Shown in pieces: positions 50,430 to 58,782 of a DNA stretch of 64,000 nucleotides (within the stretch, counting starts at the first letter, position 1; each line of letters begins with the position of its first letter). Source of the DNA: Candidatus Cloacimonadales bacterium (GTDB lineage: Bacteria > Cloacimonadota > Cloacimonadia > Cloacimonadales > JAIOQZ01); the NCBI GenBank assembly GCA_963662655.2, contig CAXXTU010000002.1, forward strand, positions 1,920,001-1,984,000, read 5' to 3'. A program made the position numbers and the translations under genes. The notes beneath the pieces are model-generated. The model did not search any database. It was given only the letters and a program-made list of their open reading frames with translations, and was not told where the DNA came from.

Positions 50430-52372
50430 AACACCTGATAATGGGAACCGCCGGTCATATCGACCACGGGAAAACAACGCTCATCGAGCAGCTCACCGGC
50501 TTCAACTGCGACACACACAAAGAAGAACAACTCCGCGGAATCACTATTCACCTCGGATTCAGCCACCTCGATCTTCCCGGTGGGAACAGCCTGGGGATCG
50601 TGGATGTACCTGGACACGCGGATTTCGTCAACACGATGGTCTCCGGCTCCAGCGGAATCGATTTCGTTCTTTTAGTTATCGCAGCCGACAGCGGCGTTAT
50701 GCCTCAAACGCGTGAGCATCTGCAAATCATTCAAACACTCGGAATCACGCACGGGATTATCGCGCTCACCAAGACCGATCTCGTTGACAACGAGCTTCTT
50801 GAATTCGCTGAAATCGATATCAGGGAGCTTGTGGAAGACACAAATCTCGAGGATGCGCCAATCGTCAAAGTGTCGGCAAGAACCGGGGATGGTATTCCAG
50901 ACTTGATTCAGGCAATCGACGAAATGTCCGAGATCGTGACTGAGAGAGGCAGGGGCGAAATTTTCAGGATGTTCGTGGATCGCATCTTCAACATCGCCGG
51001 GCATGGGACTGTTGTTACCGGCTCTGTGATCAGCGGCGAACTAAATCGCTCGGCCAATACCTATTTACTGCCTGTTGGCGAGAAACTTCGCGCCCGGCGA
51101 CTCGAACGTCACGGCAAGGAAGTCCAGAATATTTCCACTGGCGATCGCGCTTCGATAAACCTGGTGGGACTCGACATCGATCAATACAAGCGCGGTATGA
51201 TGGTCAGCGATCGCATTCTGCCCTCCACAACCATGATCGACGCGCGCCTGAAGCTTTATAAGCATGCCAGGCATCTCGGGCTGTGGTCGCAGGTGATCTT
51301 CTTGCTCGGTACATACACGGGACAGGCACGCATTCATCTGATCGACAAGGACAGGCTGGACGGCGGCGAAGAGGCCATCGTCCAGATACACCTCGATTCC
51401 CCTGCAGTCATCATGCACGGGGACCGTTTCGTGATCCGCAACACCTCCAGCGATCTCACGCTCGGCGGTGGCGAGGTGATAGACGCCCATCCGCTGCACC
51501 ATCGCAGAAGACCGGAAGACCTCGTTCAGAAACTGCACGAAGTCGCCCAGGGCGGGCTCCCCGAGCTTATCGCAACGGAAGTTCGCAAAAGGATAGCGCC
51601 CATCACCGGCGGCGAGCTTGCCGATCTCCTCAACTGCGCGGAGCGAGAGATCGAGAAAGCCGTCGCAGGAGAAATGCCCGAGGACATCGTAGTTCACACG
51701 ACGAAGACATCTGTCTATCTGTTGAGGCGAAGCAGGTATGACAAGCTTCGGTTGAAGATACTACGCTACCTCAATACCTACCACAAGCGAAATCCCCTGG
51801 ATGAGGGAGGTCGGCCATTCGAAGAATTGATGGGGATTTTCGGCGTCCACCGCGATTCAACAACGGAAGCCGTTATGCAGCTCATCCTCGAGCAGCTCGA
51901 TGTCGAAAAAGCAATCAAGCGAGTTGGACACACCTGGGCGCTGTTCGATCACAACGTGAAGCTGACGCCTCGTGACGTCGAGCAGATCGATTTTATCGAT
52001 AAGTACCTGCTTGATTCGCAGATGCACACACCGCTGTGGTCGGAACTGATACCCGATGCTCTCAATAAGGGTATTAGCGAGCTCAAGCTCAAGCAGATTC
52101 TGCAGTTGCTTGTTTTCAAAAACAAAGCCTACAATCTCGACGGAAATTTCATCCATGCGGATATCGTGGACAACAGCAGAAGAACATTGCTTCAATACCT
52201 CACCGAGCACGAAGAGGGCGCTTCTGTCGCAACCTTCAGAGACCTCATCGACGGCAACAGAAAGATTTGCCTGCTTCTGATCAACAAATTCGATCGCGAA
52301 GGAATTACCGTCCGCAAAGGCGACTATCGTACAATTACGCAGCGCGGCAGAGATATACTCGATCCAGCATAG
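50426..52372 (+). CDS. selB: Selenocysteine-specific elongation factor
   Basis: GTAGHIDHGKT, RGITIHLGF, DVPGH, MPQTREHL and a C-terminal winged-helix region FRDL..GNRK....LL..FDREGIT.RKGDYR. ATGA overlap with selA. Confidence 0.96.
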   Translation: MKHLIMGTAGHIDHGKTTLIEQLTGFNCDTHKEEQLRGITIHLGFSHLDLPGGNSLGIVDVPGHADFVNTMVSGSSGIDFVLLVIAADSGVMPQTREHLQIIQTLGITHGIIALTKTDLVDNELLEFAEIDIRELVEDTNLEDAPIVKVSARTGDGIPDLIQAIDEMSEIVTERGRGEIFRMFVDRIFNIAGHGTVVTGSVISGELNRSANTYLLPVGEKLRARRLERHGKEVQNISTGDRASINLVGLDIDQYKRGMMVSDRILPSTTMIDARLKLYKHARHLGLWSQVIFLLGTYTGQARIHLIDKDRLDGGEEAIVQIHLDSPAVIMHGDRFVIRNTSSDLTLGGGEVIDAHPLHHRRRPEDLVQKLHEVAQGGLPELIATEVRKRIAPITGGELADLLNCAEREIEKAVAGEMPEDIVVHTTKTSVYLLRRSRYDKLRLKILRYLNTYHKRNPLDEGGRPFEELMGIFGVHRDSTTEAVMQLILEQLDVEKAIKRVGHTWALFDHNVKLTPRDVEQIDFIDKYLLDSQMHTPLWSELIPDALNKGISELKLKQILQLLVFKNKAYNLDGNFIHADIVDNSRRTLLQYLTEHEEGASVATFRDLIDGNRKICLLLINKFDREGITVRKGDYRTITQRGRDILDPA

Positions 52373-52432
52373 ACTTTACTTTTTTTGCTACTCTGATTCA
52401 ACTTCACACCCTCTTTGCGCGCTCATGAACGA

Positions 52433-52550
52433 GCGCGGCGGGGCGGCGTAGGAAGCGAAGGCTTCCTGAGAACGTATTCGACTCCTTTCAGACAATAGAA
52501 GAACCCGAATACGTTCTCGTGCGCGGAGCGCACACGCCGCCCCGCCGCGC
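52433..52550 (+). repeat. Four-way-junction repeat, family 2, copy 2
   Basis: 17-bp closing stem GCGCGGCGGGGCGGCGT/ACGCCGCCCCGCCGCGC enclosing three abutting hairpins. Confidence 0.8.
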
Positions 52551-52587
52551 GTGGGTGATCTCGAGATTGCAAGCGGGACATCGTAGC

Positions 52588-52623
52588 AAAAAAAAAGCCG
52601 CTACCTCTTTCGAGGAAGCGGCT
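52588..52623 (-). terminator. Intrinsic terminator
   Basis: AGCCGCT.CCTC/GAGG.AGCGGCT stem and long T run on the minus strand. Confidence 0.85.
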
Positions 52624-52642
52624 GTAAAAAATGTTCTTTTCG

Positions 52643-53251
52643 TTACTTGAGAAGCATGATCTTACGAGTAACCGATTCTTTTTCTGTTGAGACTCTGAAG
52701 AGATAAACTCCACTGGAAACACTCTTCCCGGAATTGTCTCTACCGTCCCATACGACTTCTCGAAGCCCCTCATCCATCGGATTACCAGCAAATTCCTTCA
52801 CCATCTGACCACGCTGGTTGTAAATGGTAACCTTGACCACAGCGGGTTGATTCAGTCCAAATCGGATAGACGTTGTTGGATTGAACGGATTGGGGTATGC
52901 AGCCGTAAGATCGGCGCACAGGACATCCACGTCCGGTGGTGGCGGTGGCGGCGGTGGCGGTGGCTTGAGATCGACGATTGTTGTCTCGTGACCCGATTGT
53001 TCTTGTGTATTGTCATACACTTCCGCTTCTGCGATTTTCTCAAAAACCAGCGATGTAGTGGTGGTTTGTTCGAAAACGGAAACTTCACCATCAGGTGTAC
53101 GGGCATAAAAATCGGAAAGACCATTGCCATTGACATCATTGAGTTCGGGCAAAGCAACGGTAAATACAACACCCTCGTGATGTACCGTCAGCGCATGCAA
53201 ACACATGGCCAGCAATCCCGTCATCAAAGCAAACAGGAGCGTACGTTTCAT
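52643..53251 (-). CDS. Secreted protein with a Pro10 linker and a FlgD/T9SS-like C-terminal domain
   Basis: Signal peptide, DVNGNG.SD motif, PPPPPPPPPP and AYPNPFNPTT...WDGRD..G..VSSGVY. Confidence 0.85.
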   Translation of the reverse strand: MKRTLLFALMTGLLAMCLHALTVHHEGVVFTVALPELNDVNGNGLSDFYARTPDGEVSVFEQTTTTSLVFEKIAEAEVYDNTQEQSGHETTIVDLKPPPPPPPPPPDVDVLCADLTAAYPNPFNPTTSIRFGLNQPAVVKVTIYNQRGQMVKEFAGNPMDEGLREVVWDGRDNSGKSVSSGVYLFRVSTEKESVTRKIMLLK

Positions 53252-53498
53252 GGCTCTCTCCTTCTACAACCTGGGACTATTCAGGTTACTTAGACCCTTC
53301 TAACGATAAAATAGAATACGCATCTAATTTTGTCACGTTTTTTTTTGTTTTTTTCTTCTTTTTCCGAAATCTTCCCGTATTCTCTTCTGTAAATGGAAGT
53401 TAAACTGCGTCGATTTTCTCGACAACAAGACGATTTCGCTTGCATGAAAGCATTTTCGTTGTAATTTTGACAAGAGAAAACAAAGCACTGGAGGATAC

Positions 53499-53990
53499 AT
53501 GTTAAAGGAAGACTACCTCAAAGCCCTTAAAGGCGGCATGAAGGGAGAGCTTGAAAGCATCACCCTGTATGAGATTGCGAAGGATTACGCCGAGTCCCCG
53601 GAAGTCCGGAATTTCCTCGACCAGCGTATCGAAGAGGAGAAGCGACACTACAATTACCTGCTCGATTACTACAACGACCTTTCGGCAGACAAGCCACTTT
53701 GTAAAGCGGATCTGAGCGCGGAAATGGTTCACCCCTTCATCAGCGATGAAATCATCGACCGAATATCCGGGAAGCAAATCCTGTTTTCGACTATATCAAC
53801 GGCCGTCTTGCTTGAAAAAACCGCTTTCGAGTACTACCGGAAATGCGCGGATGAGGCCGATATCCCAGAATTGAAATCCCTCTTCCACGTCCTCGCGGAA
53901 TGGGAAGTCCAGCACTATGACGACCTCTTGAAAATCGAAAAGGAAGCGGAGAAAGAATATTGGCAGCGTAATCGTTTCGAACCTTTCTAA
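53499..53990 (+). CDS. Ferritin-like (rubrerythrin-type di-iron) protein
   Basis: Two E...EExxH-type motifs (EEKRH, WEVQH). Confidence 0.85.
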   Translation: MLKEDYLKALKGGMKGELESITLYEIAKDYAESPEVRNFLDQRIEEEKRHYNYLLDYYNDLSADKPLCKADLSAEMVHPFISDEIIDRISGKQILFSTISTAVLLEKTAFEYYRKCADEADIPELKSLFHVLAEWEVQHYDDLLKIEKEAEKEYWQRNRFEPF

Positions 53991-54148
53991 CTTTCGACAA
54001 GCAAGCGAAGGGAGTTATCGGCTTCTTATCCGTAATGCATTATTGATATGAGCCGGTTGCCGATTATATCAAACCATATCGATGCGTTCATAAATCGCTA
54101 TATCCCTTATCTGTTTGCTTTCAATGACATTACGGCAAATCGAGACAA

Positions 54149-54165
54149 TTGGCACAACATTTGTA
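54149..54165 (+). promoter_or_regulatory. Putative sigma-54 promoter (-24/-12)
   Basis: TTGGCACAACATTTGTA: strong -24 TGGCAC, -12 variant TTGT, 50 nt before the ATG. Confidence 0.45.
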
Positions 54166-54215
54166 TTATAGCCAGTCGGATGCGTAAACTTGGACGATGG
54201 AAAAAGGAGGATCCT

Positions 54216-55463
54216 ATGAAACGCTTCATGATATTACTCATTGTTCTTCTCGCTGTTTGGGGATTAACAGCGCAAGAAGCCACAACAGAAGCCGAAAAAG
54301 CACAGCAAGAGCTTCAGGAAAGCGAACAGGAACTGCAGGAAGCTTATGATGAAACACAAGCTGAAATGGAAGAAGTCAAAGAGCAGATGAGAATAATCTC
54401 GAGTACCAGCGCTGACGGCGTGAACGTTACCGTTGAGTACGACACTTCCCAAAAGGCGTTCATGGGGATATTCGCCAGCAACCTTTCCCTGACCAAAGCT
54501 CGTGATCTCAACTACACTGGCGACTATGGAATCATCATCAATCGTATTTCGGAAAACACAGCCGCCGATAAGTACCGCCTGATGGCTAACGACATCCTGA
54601 TGAAGATCGACGACAACAAACTTTATGACTACAAGACATTTACAAATGTCCTTAGCCAGTATTCCCCGGGCGACGAAGCTGTTCTGACGCTATTCCGCGC
54701 CGGCGAAGAAATTACGCAGGATTTCGAATTCGGCCAACGAGGGAAGTCCGTCGAAACGGCCTACTTCACGGTTGACGACTACATGGAAGACGCAGACCGG
54801 ACGGGGCATGGCGGCATCGGCTGGACGCCTCAGCTATATCACCCGGATCTCGACGATATCAATTACATCATGAACAAGTTCGGGTTCAGCGACCTCGACG
54901 ACAAAGGCCTTTTCATGCACGGTATCCACGGCAATTTCCATGTCGGCAAGAATTTCTACCTCGGTGGATCGTACTACTGGTATCCCGAGCTGAGTCGCTC
55001 CCGCAACTACGTCACCGCCGACAGCGTGAACACGACCAGGAAACTCAGATACTACACAAAATACTGGGGCATCAGCCTCGATCGCCGCTTCCGCATCGCA
55101 AGCTGGATGACAACCTCCGTAGGTTTCACCGCAGGAAAGAGCACGACTTCGATCAAAGTGGCTCAAACCGCCTCCGACGCAGGCAACGTGACCTGGGGCG
55201 ACATCGAAACCGGCATGGATATGTCGGGCAACAATCAACTGGAATTGAAAAAAGAATACATTATCTTCCATCCACGAGTGGCCACCTACATCAAGATACT
55301 TGATTGGCTGAGGATCCGTGCCGAAGCGGGTTACATGTTCGGATACTCATGGCACTCGGGGTGGCAGGCAAAGATGATGGACAAAAGTTTCGACATGGCC
55401 GATTCTCCCAACACATCGTACGATGGATGGACATTCAGCATCGGGCCATGGCTGGGGTTTTAA
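54216..55463 (+). CDS. Secreted coiled-coil + PDZ + probable outer-membrane beta-barrel protein
   Basis: Signal peptide, Glu/Gln heptads, AFMGI...IINRISENTAADKYRLMANDIL (PDZ), amphipathic strands, C-terminal Phe. Start after AGGAGG. Confidence 0.75.
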   Translation: MKRFMILLIVLLAVWGLTAQEATTEAEKAQQELQESEQELQEAYDETQAEMEEVKEQMRIISSTSADGVNVTVEYDTSQKAFMGIFASNLSLTKARDLNYTGDYGIIINRISENTAADKYRLMANDILMKIDDNKLYDYKTFTNVLSQYSPGDEAVLTLFRAGEEITQDFEFGQRGKSVETAYFTVDDYMEDADRTGHGGIGWTPQLYHPDLDDINYIMNKFGFSDLDDKGLFMHGIHGNFHVGKNFYLGGSYYWYPELSRSRNYVTADSVNTTRKLRYYTKYWGISLDRRFRIASWMTTSVGFTAGKSTTSIKVAQTASDAGNVTWGDIETGMDMSGNNQLELKKEYIIFHPRVATYIKILDWLRIRAEAGYMFGYSWHSGWQAKMMDKSFDMADSPNTSYDGWTFSIGPWLGF

Positions 55464-55598
55464 TCCTCTAACTCTCTTCTCACGACGGGTGTTATCCTCA
55501 AAACACCCGTCCTCCCCTTTACGAAGGGATAGCAGGAAATCCTTGACGCAAATCATCAACGCGTAATTGTACGTGAGATATACTAACGGGTGGACACT

Positions 55599-56162
55599 AT
55601 GTTCGGGGCGTTCGGACAAAAAGTTATTACAGGCATTGTTACATTTACTTCGATGATGTTCTCATCCTACAAAGGTAATTTCGCCAAGTTCGATGGGATC
55701 GCGTTGCAGCAGGATAGCAAGTGTATCCAAATGTCGGTAAATCTGGAAGAAGCCTTCGAGAACGATTTCGAAGAGTTCTTCCGTTGCGGCAAGCCGATCT
55801 CGATCTGGTTTCTGGTTCAGATACGCAGCGGCAACGAGAACGTGAAGGAATTCTACTACGCCCACCGCGTGAAATACGACCCACTTTTGCAATATTACAC
55901 CGTGTTCCTTCAGGAAACCGATGACATTGTCACTTTTGAGACCCATGAAGAAGTTGTTGACGCGATCAGGCAATTCCACTGTAAATGGGAAGTCCCTCCC
56001 GAATTCAATCGTGGAGACGAGATCGAGGTGATTATCGGCGGTTATCTGACGAAGCTTCGCCTCGAATCGACGGGCGAGGAGTTCGACTTGATGAATCTCT
56101 GGCACCATCGTCGGCCATACGCGCAGGGAACTATCGTTTGGGGTTATCCGGATGAAAATTAG
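55599..56162 (+). CDS. Hypothetical protein, DUF4390-like
   Basis: GKPISIWF...HRVKYDPL..YYTV. Sits upstream of an NtrY/NtrX-like pair. Confidence 0.6.
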   Translation: MFGAFGQKVITGIVTFTSMMFSSYKGNFAKFDGIALQQDSKCIQMSVNLEEAFENDFEEFFRCGKPISIWFLVQIRSGNENVKEFYYAHRVKYDPLLQYYTVFLQETDDIVTFETHEEVVDAIRQFHCKWEVPPEFNRGDEIEVIIGGYLTKLRLESTGEEFDLMNLWHHRRPYAQGTIVWGYPDEN

Positions 56163-57321
56163 ACTGGGTTTACGCTTTACTGTTTTCCTTGTATTTATCG
56201 TTCTGTATCTGTTCAGCCTGCTGGCGCTCAACCGCTTCTTCGTCTCCCACCAGGAGAAGATGAACCACATCTTCCATAAGCTTTCTACGGAGAACCTCTT
56301 CCCCACGATGGTTTTCGAAACGGAGACGGACAGCACCGCGGCCAAGCAGTATTTCACACGAGTCAACGATTCGATCGCCGGCATCCGCGCGATTCAGGTG
56401 GATATGCGCCGCTATTTCTCGATCGCGTTCCTGGGAATCGCCATCGTCTCGATCACGATTTTCATCTTCGTTTTCATGTATCTGACGAAACCGCTGCAGA
56501 AGCTGCGCAGCGCTACGGAGAAAATCCGCGAAGGCGATTACAACGTCCGCCTGCCCGAGTCAGGCACGGACGAAATGCGGCGCCTCGTCCAATCGTTCAA
56601 CGATATGAGCCGTCAGCTCGAGACCACCCAGAACAAGCTCGTTCAAGCCGAAAAAGAGATGATCTGGAAAGAGCTCTCCCGGATTCTCGCGCACGAGATC
56701 AAGAACCCGCTGACGCCCATCCAGCTCGCGGTTCAACGCCTGGAAGAAAAATACGAGCTCGATCGCGAACGGTTCTTCGAGATTTTCCCCGAATCCTCAT
56801 CCGTCATTACGCAGGAAGTAAACAACCTCCGCAGGCTCGTGCAGGAGTTCTCGACCTTCGCCAAGGCCGCCACACCTGAGCCGGTCGTTTTCGATCCCTC
56901 GGAGCTCATTCAGGAAATCCTGCGCTCCTACCAACACGATTTCAACCTGAAGACGGACATTATCAAAGACCGGAAGATCAAGTTCGACCGCACCCATTTC
57001 TATCAGATTTTTACAAACATCCTGCAGAACGCCATCGACGCCTCCCCCACCGGCGGAGAAATCCACATCAACCTCTTCGAAAGCCGGAGCTATCTGGTTC
57101 TGGAAATTATCGATCAGGGGAAGGGCATCAAGCAGGAAGACATATCGCGCATCTTCGATCCCTATTTCACGCGCAAGCAGCGCGGAACCGGCTTGGGGTT
57201 GGCTCTCGTGAAACGCCTTACGGAAGTCAACCACAGCGTTGTCCGCGTAAAATCGAATATTGGCGAAGGCACCAAGTTCGAACTGATCATGGAGGAACAT
57301 CATGAACATACTGATCATTGA
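56152..57321 (+). CDS. HAMP-domain sensor histidine kinase, NtrY-like
   Basis: Two TMs, HAMP, WKELSRILAHEIKNPLTPIQL, NILQNA and GTGLGL. Confidence 0.92.
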   Translation: MKIRLGLRFTVFLVFIVLYLFSLLALNRFFVSHQEKMNHIFHKLSTENLFPTMVFETETDSTAAKQYFTRVNDSIAGIRAIQVDMRRYFSIAFLGIAIVSITIFIFVFMYLTKPLQKLRSATEKIREGDYNVRLPESGTDEMRRLVQSFNDMSRQLETTQNKLVQAEKEMIWKELSRILAHEIKNPLTPIQLAVQRLEEKYELDRERFFEIFPESSSVITQEVNNLRRLVQEFSTFAKAATPEPVVFDPSELIQEILRSYQHDFNLKTDIIKDRKIKFDRTHFYQIFTNILQNAIDASPTGGEIHINLFESRSYLVLEIIDQGKGIKQEDISRIFDPYFTRKQRGTGLGLALVKRLTEVNHSVVRVKSNIGEGTKFELIMEEHHEHTDH

Positions 57322-58657
57322 CGACGAACCGAACATTCGCAATACCCTGTGCAGCATCATGACGGACGAAGGCTATCGTTGCGAGGTAGCTGAAAACGGT
57401 ATGGAAGGAATCGCCAGGCTTGAGAACTACGAGCCGGACGTGATTCTTCTCGATGTGCAGATGGATGGGATGGACGGGCTGGAGACCCTGGAGAAAATCC
57501 TGCATTGGGACCAGACGATCGAAGTGATCATGATTTCGGGACACAGCGGTATCCGGGAGGCGGTTCGGGCGATCAAGCTCGGGGCGTTCGACTTCCTGGA
57601 AAAACCGCTCAGCCTCCCCAAGGTGAAGCTCGCCGTAAAGAAGGCCATCGAGTTCGGGTCGATCAACCGCGAGTACCGCAGGTTCAGATCCAACCTCGCC
57701 GAGGGCTATCGACTCGTCGGCGAGAATGAAGGGATGCTCAAGCTGAAGGAGATCATCCGCAAGGTTGCCGCCAGCAACTCCAAGGTGCTTATTCAAGGCG
57801 AAAGCGGCACCGGCAAGGAGTTGGTGGCGTTCGCCATCCACAGCCAGAGCCAGCGTTCCGATAAAGCGTTCATCAAATTCAATTCCGCCGCGATCCCCAC
57901 GGAATTGGTGGAAAGCGAGCTCTTCGGCTATGAGAAGGGCGCGTTCACAGGCGCGGTGAAGACCAAGCGGGGGAAGCTCGAAGAAGCCGACGGCGGAACC
58001 ATCTTCCTGGATGAAATCGGCGACATGTCGCTTTCCGCGCAGGCAAAGATTCTGCGGGTGATGCAGGAGGGCGAGTTCGAGCGAGTGGGAAGCACCCACA
58101 CGCGCAAGATTGACGCACGCATTATCGCCGCGACCCACAAGGACCTGAGCCAGATGGTGAAGGAAGGCACATTCCGCGAGGATCTCTTCTACCGGCTGAA
58201 TGTCGTCCCCATATCCTGCCCTCCCCTGCGCGAGCGAACCAGCGATATTCCGGTGCTCATTCACCACTTTTCGCAGCATTTCGCCCGGGAACTCAACGTA
58301 CCTGAGAAGGAGTTCGATCCGAGAACCATCAACGAACTGAAAACCTGGCGTTTCTCGGGAAACGTGCGAGAGCTGCGCAACCTGATCGAGCGAATCTACA
58401 TACTGGTTGAAGAACGGTGCATTCTGCCGGAGAATCTCCCCGTGGAAGGCACGGAGAAATCGGAATGCGATAACAGCTTCTGGGAGAACACCCTGCCGTT
58501 CAACGACAAGAAGAAGGAATTCGAAACACGCTACCTGAAAGCACAACTCGAAAAATTCGACAACCACATCTCGAACACCGCCAAAGCGCTCTCGCTTCAC
58601 CAGAGCAATTTGTCCCGCAAGTTAAAAGAGCTTGATATATTCCAGGGCTCTGAATAA
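57302..58657 (+). CDS. Sigma-54-dependent response regulator, NtrX-like
   Basis: REC (IDDE, LLDVQM, ISGH), GESGTGKE, GAFTGA, GNVREL and HTH. Confidence 0.94.
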   Translation: MNILIIDDEPNIRNTLCSIMTDEGYRCEVAENGMEGIARLENYEPDVILLDVQMDGMDGLETLEKILHWDQTIEVIMISGHSGIREAVRAIKLGAFDFLEKPLSLPKVKLAVKKAIEFGSINREYRRFRSNLAEGYRLVGENEGMLKLKEIIRKVAASNSKVLIQGESGTGKELVAFAIHSQSQRSDKAFIKFNSAAIPTELVESELFGYEKGAFTGAVKTKRGKLEEADGGTIFLDEIGDMSLSAQAKILRVMQEGEFERVGSTHTRKIDARIIAATHKDLSQMVKEGTFREDLFYRLNVVPISCPPLRERTSDIPVLIHHFSQHFARELNVPEKEFDPRTINELKTWRFSGNVRELRNLIERIYILVEERCILPENLPVEGTEKSECDNSFWENTLPFNDKKKEFETRYLKAQLEKFDNHISNTAKALSLHQSNLSRKLKELDIFQGSE

Positions 58658-58782
58658 AGTGTTTTTGTACTGAGCAGAACCTCTGAATGCCGGGAATCCG
58701 GCCCCTAGAGAGAATTCCGCTTATGCCGATTAAGTTTTAAACATATAAAAGAAGTATGTAAGTAACACGGGAGGATAAATCA

